This document shows positions 1-8,670 of a DNA stretch of 32,000 nucleotides, in pieces (within the stretch, counting starts at the first letter, position 1; every line of letters begins with the position of its first letter). Under the pieces are notes generated by a model that worked only from the letters and a program-made list of their open reading frames with translations, was not told the origin of the DNA and ran no database searches. The position numbers were made by a program, and so were the translations under genes. Origin of the DNA: Methanocaldococcus jannaschii DSM 2661 (GTDB lineage: Archaea > AGJL01 > Methanococci > Methanococcales > Methanocaldococcaceae); assembly GCF_000091665.1 (NCBI RefSeq), contig NC_000909.1, positions 212,871 to 244,870 on the forward strand, given 5' to 3'.

Positions 1-1269
1 ACCAAGCTTATTAGCTCCCTCACTAACTTTTCCAATTTTTTTCCAAATAAATAAACCTATTATAGTCAATAGCAAACCATAAACAGCGTCTGTTAGCATA
101 ATTCCATAGAACAATAGGAAACCAGGAACCAGCAATAATGTTGGATCAACTTCATTGTATTTTGGTAGAGCATACATCTCTGTGAGCATCTCAAATGGTT
201 TGATAACCTTTGGATTGTCAAGTAGAACAGGTATTTTCTCTTCTGGTTCATCTGGTTCAGTTATTTCAACAAATGCAAAACCATCTGCTGAATTTTCTAT
301 TAAGCTTTTAGCTTTTTCAGCATCTCTTGCAGGAACCCATGCCTCTATGTAGTATGTTCTATCGGTCTTACCAAATTGTGAATAAGCATCTCCTCTTGCC
401 TTCTCTATTGATAACAATTCATAAACAGCTAACAATTCCTTTTCCCATTTTTGTGCTAATGCTTTCAACTTTTCTATTAAGCTGTTTCTCTCTGATTCTA
501 TTGCCTTTAATTCACTCTCTATTTTTGAGAGAGCCTCACTTGGTGTTCCTTCAACATCACTTATGTCATATCTTTCAAACTCAAACTTTCTAATCTCTGA
601 TAAAACATTCTCAAGCTTCTCTTTCAATGTAACAAATACAATTGGAACCCTAATCTTCTTATCCTTTTCAAATTCACTTCCAGAGAATATTCCAATATAT
701 CCATCTGCTACTTTATCAAGTTCTGCTTTCAATTCTCCAAGCTTTTCCTTAGGAACACTTCCTGCCCCAATAAATACATACTCTCCAGAACCAAGGTATT
801 TTAAATCAAACTCTAAACCTTTTAAATAAGATATCTGCTCTTTCAGCTGTAATAACTTTGATTTTTTGTTATCTAACTCTGATAATCTCTCAGCAGGTCC
901 ATCAACCTCTTTGCTAATCTCATTTAATACCTTTTCAGCATAATCAATAACTTCCTGATATGAGTTGAAGGAAACTTTCTTCTTTTCCACTGGCTTTGGG
1001 TTTAAGATATCTTTTATACTTGTCTCCTTCTGACTAACACTTGAAAACATGTCCAATATTCTACCTGCTTTTATCATCAATGATGTAACATTTCTAACAT
1101 AATCAGCTGATGATGAAGGTGATAACAATGTCTTCCATTCTAAATCCTCCAACTTTTCAGATAAATCACAGAGTTCCACTATCCCTTCTTCATGTAAGCT
1201 TCTTACAACATTATCAATTTTTTCATCCAATATCACCGCTTTTAACTTCTTCATTCTTACGGGTCTCAC
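1..1269 (-). CDS. atpI: A-type ATP synthase subunit I (a), C-terminal part beyond left edge
   Basis: Minus strand is open across the left edge. Translation begins MRPVRMKKLKAVILDEKIDNVVRSLHEEGIVELCD... (GTG start, SD-like GGTGAT just upstream), typical of the V/A-ATPase I/a subunit N-terminus. The membrane part starts near LLLVPGFLLFYGIMLTDAVYGLLLTIIG. Only antisense ORFs appear in the supplied track here. Confidence 0.88.
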   Translation of the reverse strand, partial: MRPVRMKKLKAVILDEKIDNVVRSLHEEGIVELCDLSEKLEDLEWKTLLSPSSSADYVRNVTSLMIKAGRILDMFSSVSQKETSIKDILNPKPVEKKKVSFNSYQEVIDYAEKVLNEISKEVDGPAERLSELDNKKSKLLQLKEQISYLKGLEFDLKYLGSGEYVFIGAGSVPKEKLGELKAELDKVADGYIGIFSGSEFEKDKKIRVPIVFVTLKEKLENVLSEIRKFEFERYDISDVEGTPSEALSKIESELKAIESERNSLIEKLKALAQKWEKELLAVYELLSIEKARGDAYSQFGKTDRTYYIEAWVPARDAEKAKSLIENSADGFAFVEITEPDEPEEKIPVLLDNPKVIKPFEMLTEMYALPKYNEVDPTLLLVPGFLLFYGIMLTDAVYGLLLTIIGLFIWKKIGKVSEGANKLG

Positions 1270-1286
1270 TAAAATCACCTTTTTAT

Positions 1287-1601
1287 TTAAATTTCAAGAA
1301 TCTCAGACAATTTCAACGAAAGTATCTTAACCTTGGCAATGGATATGATTTCTTTTATCTCTTTTTCTGTCTCTTCAAGAATCTTTTCAGCTTCTTTTTT
1401 TGCTTCTTCCTCTGCCTTTTTAATCATCTCTTCAACAAGTTTTTTTGCCTCTTCTTCAGCTTCAGCAATGAGTTTTTTTGCTTCTTCAATTGCCTCTGCT
1501 TTTATCTGCTCAGCTCTATTTTTTGCTTCCTCTATTTCTTTAACTGCCTGTTCTTCAGCTAATTTTACTTCTTTTATTGCTTCCATAACACTAACGCTCA
1601 T
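1287..1601 (-). CDS. ahaH: A-type ATP synthase subunit H-like coiled coil (stator component)
   Basis: 104 aa Glu/Lys/Ala-rich coiled coil immediately upstream of subunit I in the same operon; GGTGG SD before the ATG. Confidence 0.8.
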
Positions 1602-1689
1602 ACTTCCACCTGCAGTTATTGGTAATATTTTAAAATAGGGTTATGTATATAAAATTTTTTATCTCTGACTCTATCAAATATTTTTAATA

Positions 1690-2199
1690 TCAAATGTATT
1701 TAGTATAGCAATATATCACAGCTGGAATACTGCCAATAGCAGTGCAAGTTTCTAAAGACACCCTTTTTTCAGTTACATCTAAATGATAGACACAAGATTC
1801 CATTATATCTTTTGGTAGTCCATGCCTACCCAATCCAACATATACGCCAATTGGTTTTTTCTTTAATAAATAGGCAGTATCTAACGGAGTTATAGCCTTT
1901 TTTTCATCTGGTTTGGATGTTGAGGCAATTGGAATTCCAAATTGTGGTAGAAATTTATCAACAATAAAAAATCTATTTTTTTCGATTAATTTTTCTAAAT
2001 ACTCCCCAGAATTACCAATAGTAGTTTTTATATTTAAAATATCCTCCATCTTACATGGAAAGTCCATTATCGCTAAGTTACAATCAAACGCATAACAGAT
2101 TGGGGCGGCTCTTGCTATAGCTCTCTTGTGAGCTTCATGCCATCTTGTTTTATCATAGGAGTTGTATAAAATTAACGTCAGCCTCTTCAACTTTTTCAT
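1690..2199 (-). CDS. Conserved archaeal protein, probably DUF531 / SPOUT-like fold
   Basis: 169 aa; segments GVYVGLGRHGLPKDIMESC and SLETCTAIGSIPAVIYCYTKY resemble a SPOUT knot region. Family assignment is from memory. Confidence 0.5.
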   Translation of the reverse strand: MKKLKRLTLILYNSYDKTRWHEAHKRAIARAAPICYAFDCNLAIMDFPCKMEDILNIKTTIGNSGEYLEKLIEKNRFFIVDKFLPQFGIPIASTSKPDEKKAITPLDTAYLLKKKPIGVYVGLGRHGLPKDIMESCVYHLDVTEKRVSLETCTAIGSIPAVIYCYTKYI

Positions 2200-2291
2200 A
2201 CTTTACCTCAGGAGGAAATATGTTTCCTATTTAAATAGGTTTTTATAATTATGGGAAAACTTATTAATATATATTTATCTTTTGCACGAAA

Positions 2292-2309
2292 CCGAAAAGT
2301 ATATATATG
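2292..2309 (+). promoter_or_regulatory. BRE/TATA promoter of tRNA-Leu
   Basis: ACCGAAAAGTATATATAT about 31-48 nt before the mature tRNA 5' end; typical methanogen BRE-TATA. Confidence 0.7.
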
Positions 2310-2339
2310 AGTTCATCTATTCTATAATTCGCTTGCGGT

Positions 2340-2427
2340 GCAGGGGTCGCCAAGCCTGGCCAAAGGCGCCGGACTTAAGATCCGGTCCCGTAGGGGTTCG
2401 GGGGTTCAAATCCCCTCCCCTGCACCA
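2340..2427 (+). tRNA. tRNA-Leu (anticodon UAA), CCA encoded
   Basis: Acceptor GCAGGGG/CCCCTGC, anticodon arm CCGGA-CTTAAGA-TCCGG, long variable arm TCCCGTAGGGGTTC, T-loop TTCAAAT, 3' ACCA. Confidence 0.97.
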
Positions 2428-2581
2428 TTTTTATTTTAGGTAATAATATTTATTAATTTAAATTAATAAAGATTACAATTTTAAAAACGAAATTTTTAAA
2501 TATTTTTAAAATTTTCAAATAATCTTTTTTAATATAAGTTTAAATATTTAGAAGCATAATTATAATTTCATTTTTTAGGTG

Positions 2582-3370
2582 ATGAGATTGGAGAAAGTTT
2601 TCTATCTAACCAATCCTACTACCAAAGATTTAGAAAATTTTATTGATATGTATGTGTTTAAATATATATTAATATTATTAGCTCGATGTAAAGTTTTTTA
2701 TGAAGGCAGAGCTAAAAGTCAGTTAGAAGAGGGAGATAGAGTCATTATAATAAAACCAGATGGAGCCTTTTTAATTCATAAAGATAAAAAAAGAGAACCT
2801 GTAAATTGGCAACCTTCTGGAAGTAGTATAATATGGGAAGTTGAAGATAACTTTTTCATTTTAAAAAGCATTAGAAGAAAGCCAAAAGAAGAGTTAAAGG
2901 TTGTTATTTCAGAAGTTTATCATGCATGTGCTTTTAACTGTGAAGATTATGAAGAGATAAATCTAAGGGGTAGTGAATCAGAGATGGCAGAGATGATTTT
3001 TAGAAATCCAGATTTGATTGAAGAAGGATTTAAGCCCATATCAAGAGAGTATCAGATTCCCACTGGAATCGTTGATATTTTAGGAAAAGATAAAGAGAAT
3101 AAATGGGTTATCTTAGAGCTAAAGAGAAGGAGAGCTGATTTACAGGCAGTTTCTCAACTAAAAAGGTATGTGGAATATTTTAAAAACAAATATGGTGAGG
3201 ATAAAGTTAGAGGAATTTTGGTTTCTCCCTCTTTAACTACTGGGGCGGAAAAATTGCTGAAAGAGGAGAACTTAGAATTTAAAAGACTTAATCCACCAAA
3301 AGGAAGTAAAAGAGATTTAAAACATAACATAAAAACTAAAAAAACAACAGTTTTAGATGAATGGCTATAA
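2582..3370 (+). CDS. nucS: Endonuclease NucS (EndoMS family)
   Basis: Central/C-terminal RecB-like nuclease signature (GIVDILGKDKENKWVILELKRRRADLQAVSQLKRYVEYFKNKYG...VRGILVSPS). ATG at 2582 preferred to GTG at 2579. Confidence 0.9.
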   Translation: MRLEKVFYLTNPTTKDLENFIDMYVFKYILILLARCKVFYEGRAKSQLEEGDRVIIIKPDGAFLIHKDKKREPVNWQPSGSSIIWEVEDNFFILKSIRRKPKEELKVVISEVYHACAFNCEDYEEINLRGSESEMAEMIFRNPDLIEEGFKPISREYQIPTGIVDILGKDKENKWVILELKRRRADLQAVSQLKRYVEYFKNKYGEDKVRGILVSPSLTTGAEKLLKEENLEFKRLNPPKGSKRDLKHNIKTKKTTVLDEWL

Positions 3371-3408
3371 AGGAAAAATTATATACTAAAAAATCTTAAA
3401 TAGATTAT

Positions 3409-3480
3409 GCTCCCCAGTGGGTTAGCCCTCTTGACGTAGCAGAGCTAAAGGATGATAGAGGGTGTTAAACTGGGGAGACA
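3409..3480 (+). ncRNA. Candidate box H/ACA guide sRNA (single hairpin)
   Basis: Lower stem CTCCCCAGT (3410-3418)/ACTGGGGAG (3469-3477), then ACA (3478-3480). Internal pocket GGGTTAG/TGTTAA; upper stem CCCTCT (3426-3431)/AGAGGG (3457-3462); k-turn-like TTGACG...GGATGAT. AATTATATAC TATA-like box about 25-30 nt upstream. GC-rich island in AT-rich intergenic DNA. Confidence 0.8.
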
Positions 3481-3544
3481 CTCTCTTTATAAAAATATAC
3501 CTTATTTATTCTAAAATGTTTTGCAAAGAACTCTTGGTGAAATC

Positions 3545-4102
3545 ATGAAAATCTATTTTGCTACAGGAAATCCAAATAAAATTAAAGAAGCAAATATTAT
3601 TTTAAAAGATTTAAAAGATGTAGAGATCGAACAGATAAAAATTAGCTATCCAGAAATTCAGGGAACATTGGAAGAGGTTGCTGAATTTGGGGCAAAGTGG
3701 GTTTATAATATATTAAAAAAGCCAGTTATTGTTGAAGATAGTGGATTTTTTGTTGAGGCATTAAATGGATTTCCTGGAACATATTCAAAGTTTGTTCAAG
3801 AGACTATAGGAAATGAAGGAATTTTAAAACTCTTAGAAGGTAAAGACAATAGAAATGCCTATTTTAAAACAGTTATCGGTTACTGTGATGAGAATGGGGT
3901 TAGATTATTTAAAGGGATTGTTAAAGGTAGAGTTTCAGAAGAAATAAGAAGTAAAGGATATGGATTTGCTTATGACAGTATTTTTATCCCAGAAGAAGAA
4001 GAAAGAACTTTTGCAGAAATGACAACAGAAGAGAAAAGCCAAATCTCCCACAGAAAAAAAGCTTTTGAAGAGTTTAAAAAGTTTTTATTGGATAGGATTT
4101 AA
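3545..4102 (+). CDS. Ham1/RdgB-family XTP/dITP (non-canonical purine NTP) pyrophosphatase
   Basis: [20 protein letters not shown]... [23 protein letters not shown] ... [25 protein letters not shown] at 3545 has GGTGA SD; the upstream extension to 3521 is probably not translated. Confidence 0.95.
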
Positions 4103-4666
4103 ATGGTTTCTAATAGTTTTTTCAACATTTCCATCTCTATCTATTAAATAAATACTAAAAAATAATCTTGATTTTGGAACTAAAATGACATATTTTGTGT
4201 TATTTTTAGATTTTATTTTATATCCTTTAAAAAACTTCCAAGGTAAAACAATATAACGGTTTAAAAATGGTTTTAAAGTGTTGAATATTTTAATATATAC
4301 TGCAATTCCTTCTTTATAAATCTCAACAGTTCCAGAGGCAGGAGTGAGTTTGTCATAAATGATGGCAATAAACAAAAATATAAGCGAAAATGTTAATATC
4401 TCATCATGAGGGCGATTTATATTTATTAAAATATAAAATCCAGAACATAAAGCAATTATTTCCACTATTAATATAAAAATCCATCTGCTTCTATTCATTC
4501 CCATATTGGTTGAGGTTATATAGTGCCATTCTTCTTTTGCTTTTCTGTATTTTTTGTATAGAAGATAATCCAAAATACAATAGGGAGGATTGAAAATTAT
4601 AAAGAGTGCTATCAAATAAGGAGTAAGAAATAAAACTACTATCAATAAAATTAACTCAATATCCAT
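4085..4666 (-). CDS. Uncharacterised membrane protein (N-terminal TM helices, C-terminal soluble domain)
   Basis: 193 aa with hydrophobic segments and C-terminal [18 protein letters not shown]; paralogous to the disrupted gene next to it. Confidence 0.7.
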
Positions 4667-4680
4667 AATAACCCCTTTAA

Positions 4681-5293
4681 TTAATGTTTAAAATGTTTTT
4701 TAAGTATTTCTTCAACTTTCCCATCTTTATCTTTTAAATATACATCTGGAGAGATATATTTTTTACCAATTAATTTTATTCTATCTCCAATTTTCTCATA
4801 GCCATCAAAACCTTTCCAAGTGTAAAATTGGTTAAAATGGTGTCTTTCAAAACTTCCTGAATAACCAAGGCACTAATGAATGCCTTCCTTTGGAAGGCGT
4901 TCAAATCTTCCTTAATAAATTTTATCAATTTTGAAAGACACCATAAAAGCCATCTTTATATATTTCAACCCTATATTTTTTAAAGCAAAATAAATAAATA
5001 ATTAAAAAGTAGGAGAACAACATAGTTAATCCTAAATATAAGTCAAAATTAAAAACAAAGCATATAAACAAAGCAAAAATAACAAATACTATGGTAAATG
5101 TCAATAAAATACTGTAAAACATATATGGAGAAAAGTTTTTCAAATTATCTACATAAACATAAATAATTTCCTTATTTTTTCTTTCTAATTTTGAGTATTT
5201 GATGAAAGCATATAGTGAAATAAATCCAAAAATAAAAGATAAAAATCCAGCGTAAAGATAAATAGCCAATCCAACCACATTCATTGTTCCCAC
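4681..5293 (-). pseudogene. Disrupted paralogue of the 4085-4666 membrane protein
   Basis: N-terminal ORF 4925-5293 ends [14 protein letters not shown]. The remaining part is readable downstream as FERHHFNQFYTWKGFDGYEKIGDRIKLIGKKYISPDVYLKDKDGKVEEILKKHFKH*, ending at 4681. The intact neighbour has [12 protein letters not shown]...[13 protein letters not shown]...[18 protein letters not shown]. Confidence 0.7.
4837..4944. mobile_element. Small MITE-like element with 16-bp perfect terminal inverted repeats
   Basis: ATGGTGTCTTTCAAAA (4837-4852) and TTTTGAAAGACACCAT (4929-4944), 108 bp end to end, with internal hairpin GCCTTCC-TTT-GGAAGGC. Confidence 0.6.
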
Positions 5294-5347
5294 CTATAGT
5301 ATATGCATTTACCTAATTCCCAAATATATAAAAATTTTGGTGAAAGC

Positions 5348-6229
5348 ATGAATCCCTTTGATATAATGAAAGCTTCTCAAATAGCCTGTTGCTTAGAAGT
5401 TAGCTCCTTTAAACCTGGAAATGTTCATAGAAATAGGGATTATAGAGACATCAAATATCATCACTTTATAAATGCTGGAATTGCATTTGGAAATGTTGTT
5501 TATGAAGCAGCTCAAAAAGATAGAGATGTTGGTTTATACATAAAAAAAGCAGTTATTGAGAGTAAAAAATGGTCTCCAACTAATGCCAACTTAGGAATTA
5601 TAATGCTACACATCCCTATAGCCATGGCTGCTGGAAAATTAGAAAATTTTGATGAAAATAAATTAAAAGAGAATTTAAAGAAGATTGCTGAAAATACAAC
5701 TGTTGAAGATGCCTTAAATGTTTATGATGCTATAAATATAGCAATGGCTTATGTTAATAAACCAAAGAAAGGGCCTGATGTTACTTCAGAAGATGCAAAA
5801 AAAGAACTTATTGAAAAAGGATTAACTCTTTTGGATGTTTATAAAATATCTGCAGAATGGGATAATATAAGCAAAGAATGGGTTGATAACTTTAAAATCT
5901 CATTTGAAGGCTATAATTTATTAAAAAAGTATTATGATGAGCTCAACAATATCAACTTAGCTGTAACAAAAACATTTTTAAACCTATTGGCTAAATATCC
6001 TGATACATTAATTGCAAGAAAGAGAGGTTTTGAAACTGCCTTAAAAGTTTCTAAAATGGCTGAAGATGTGTTAAATAACTTTAAAGAAGAAAAGGTCAAA
6101 GAATTTGACAAATATTTATCAAAAGAAGGAAATAAATTAAATCCCGGAACAACTGCTGATTTAATTGCATCAAGTTTAATGATATTTATATTAGACAGAA
6201 TAGATAAGAGAGAGACAATACTTTGGTGA
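5348..6229 (+). CDS. Triphosphoribosyl-dephospho-CoA synthase family (CitG/MdcB-like) protein
   Basis: [41 protein letters not shown] ... [22 protein letters not shown] ... [18 protein letters not shown] at 5348 chosen over upstream 5303. Confidence 0.8.
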
Positions 6230-6233
6230 GAGA

Positions 6234-7967
6234 ATGGAAAAAGATATTTACGAAAAAATTATGGATTTAGCAAAAAGAAGAGGTTACTTATGGAGTTCAT
6301 TTGAAATCTATGGAGGAATTGCAGGATTTGTTGATTACGGACCTTTAGGATGTTTATTAAAAAATAACATCATATCAAAGTTTAGAGAGCAATATATTAT
6401 TAAAGAAGGATTTTATGAGATTGAAAGCCCAACAGTAACACCTTATGAAGTTTTAAAGGCATCTGGGCACGTTGATAACTTTACAGACCCAATTGTTGAG
6501 TGTAAAAACTGCTTAGAGTCGTTTAGAGCTGACCACTTAATTGAAGAATTTGTAGATGTAGATACAGAAGGAAAAACATTAAAGGAATTAGATGAATTAA
6601 TCAGAAAACACAATATAAGATGTCCAAAGTGTGGAGGAGAGCTTGGAGAGGTTAAGAAATTTAACTTAATGTTTGTCACATCTATAGGTCCGGGAGGAAA
6701 GAGAACTGGATACATGAGACCTGAAACAGCACAGGGAATATTTATACAGTTTAGGAGATTAGCCCAATTCTTTAGAAATAAATTGCCTTTTGGTGTTGTT
6801 CAAATTGGTAAAAGTTATAGAAATGAGATTTCCCCAAGGCAGGGAGTTATTAGGTTGAGAGAATTCACCCAGGCAGAGATTGAATATTTTGTCCATCCAG
6901 AGAGAAAGGAGCATGAGAAATTTGATTTAGTTAAAGATGAAGTTGTTCCATTATTACCGGCTGAAAGGCAGATGGATGAAAACTTAAGTGATGATGAAAA
7001 GGTAATTAAGATAAGTATTGGTGAGGCTGTTGAGAAAGGAATTATAAGGCATCAAACAATTGCCTACTTTATAGCTCTAACAAAGAGGTTTTTAGAAGCA
7101 ATTGGAATTGATAAAGATAAAATAAGATTTAGACAGCACCTCCCAAATGAGATGGCACACTATGCTATTGACTGTTGGGATGCTGAAATATACACAGAGA
7201 GATTTGGATGGATTGAGTGTGTTGGGATTGCAGATAGAACAGATTATGACTTAAGAAGCCACTCTGCTCATAGTGGAGTTGAACTCTCAGTATTTGTTGA
7301 GCTTGATGAAGAAAGAGAGATTGAAACTTATGAAATAAATCTAAATTATAAAGTTGTTGGAAAGATATTTAAGAAAGATACAAAGGCAATTGAGGCATAT
7401 ATAAACAACTTAAGTGAAAAAGAAAAAGAAGAATTTGTTAAAAACATTGAAAATGATGGAAAAGTAATAATAAACATTGATGGAAAGGAATTTGAGATTT
7501 TAAAGGATTATGTTGAAATTAAAAAGGTTAAAAAAGTTATTAAAGGAGAGAAAGTTATCCCTCACGTTATAGAGCCATCCTATGGAATTGATAGAATAAC
7601 CTACTGTTTATTAGAACACTCTTACAGAGAGGAAGAAGATAGAGTTTATTTAGATTTAAAACCATCAATTGCCCCTATAAAAGCTTATGTTCTGCCGTTG
7701 GTTAATAAAGATGATATGCCAAAAATAGCTAAAGAAATAGAGCAAATGTTGAGAGAAAATGGTATTATAGCTGAGTATGATGACAGTGGAGCTATTGGAA
7801 GGAGATATATGAGAGCTGATGAAATTGGAGTTCCATTCTGTATAACAGTAGATGGACAAACATTAGAGGATAGAACTGTAACTGTTAGGGAGAGAAATAC
7901 AAGAGAACAAGTTAGAGTTAAAATAGATGAGCTCGTTGATTATTTAAAAGAAAGATTGAAAGAATAA
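6234..7967 (+). CDS. glyS: Glycyl-tRNA synthetase
   Basis: 577 aa class II aaRS: GYLWSSFEIYGGIAGFVDYGPLG, FVTSIGPGGKRTGYMRPETAQGIF, VIEPSYGIDRITYCLLEHSY, C-terminal anticodon-binding domain. Confidence 0.97.
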   Translation: MEKDIYEKIMDLAKRRGYLWSSFEIYGGIAGFVDYGPLGCLLKNNIISKFREQYIIKEGFYEIESPTVTPYEVLKASGHVDNFTDPIVECKNCLESFRADHLIEEFVDVDTEGKTLKELDELIRKHNIRCPKCGGELGEVKKFNLMFVTSIGPGGKRTGYMRPETAQGIFIQFRRLAQFFRNKLPFGVVQIGKSYRNEISPRQGVIRLREFTQAEIEYFVHPERKEHEKFDLVKDEVVPLLPAERQMDENLSDDEKVIKISIGEAVEKGIIRHQTIAYFIALTKRFLEAIGIDKDKIRFRQHLPNEMAHYAIDCWDAEIYTERFGWIECVGIADRTDYDLRSHSAHSGVELSVFVELDEEREIETYEINLNYKVVGKIFKKDTKAIEAYINNLSEKEKEEFVKNIENDGKVIINIDGKEFEILKDYVEIKKVKKVIKGEKVIPHVIEPSYGIDRITYCLLEHSYREEEDRVYLDLKPSIAPIKAYVLPLVNKDDMPKIAKEIEQMLRENGIIAEYDDSGAIGRRYMRADEIGVPFCITVDGQTLEDRTVTVRERNTREQVRVKIDELVDYLKERLKE

Positions 7968-7975
7968 AAGAATAG

Positions 7976-8263
7976 CTATTCATTTTCAAATAATTTTTTT
8001 ATAATCTCATTGTCAATATAGAACTTAAATTCTTTTGCTTTATATATTCTTTTAGCTCTACTTCCTTCTAAAACCAAATCACTCTCAACTAAATCAGCAT
8101 CTTCCAATTTTCTTAAATGGGCATAGACAACAGGTCTTGATAGTTCCAACTCTTTGGCTAATTCATAAATATTTTTTGGCTGTTTATTTAAGATGTATAA
8201 TATCTTAACCCTTATTGGATTTGACAATGCCTCTCCCATTTTTACAACATCTATCAACTTCAT
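7976..8263 (-). CDS. ArsR-family winged-helix transcriptional regulator
   Basis: ALSNPIRVKILYILNKQPKNIYELAKELELSRPVVYAHLRKLEDADLVESDLVLEGSRAKRIYKA. Confidence 0.85.
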   Translation of the reverse strand: MKLIDVVKMGEALSNPIRVKILYILNKQPKNIYELAKELELSRPVVYAHLRKLEDADLVESDLVLEGSRAKRIYKAKEFKFYIDNEIIKKLFENE

Positions 8264-8267
8264 AAAA

Positions 8268-8513
8268 TCACTCTATCTCTTCCCATTTCTTCTTCAACTC
8301 CTTAACTATTTCTTTTATCTCCTCAACATCCTTCTCTATTTTTATAAGTTTCTCATTGTCTATTGAACTTGACTGTTTTTTTAATGGAGAGATTAGGATA
8401 TATATTATTACCGCAATGATTACTACAAAAATAATCATCCAAAGAATATCGTAAAAGGGATTTATTGCGACTCCTTCACTACCTACATAATGCACTCCAA
8501 AACCCATTGGCAT
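8268..8513 (-). CDS. Small single-TM protein with C-terminal coiled coil, co-operonic with ArsR-like regulator
   Basis: MPMGFGVHYVGSEGVAINPFYDILWMIIFVVIIAVIIYILISPLKKQ...IEKDVEEIKEIVKELKKKWEEIE; AGGTGAAATAATG start context. Confidence 0.65.
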   Translation of the reverse strand: MPMGFGVHYVGSEGVAINPFYDILWMIIFVVIIAVIIYILISPLKKQSSSIDNEKLIKIEKDVEEIKEIVKELKKKWEEIE

Positions 8514-8670
8514 TATTTCACCTACAAACAAAATTTGTAATCTCTTAATTACATGTAATTTCCAATTAAAATAAATATACTATATCCTAATACTAATATG
8601 TATATTTTTAACTACATATATTGCCAAAAAGTTATATATAGGTTTTGTTTAATTTGTTTATATAAATTTA

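Noticed and set aside
155-1638. ORFs 155-352, 327-593, 563-829, 1110-1562 (+) and 1333-1638 (+)
   Set aside because: Antisense to the atpI and subunit H frames, which give recognisable proteins; low-complexity Phe/Ser/Leu translations typical of shadows.
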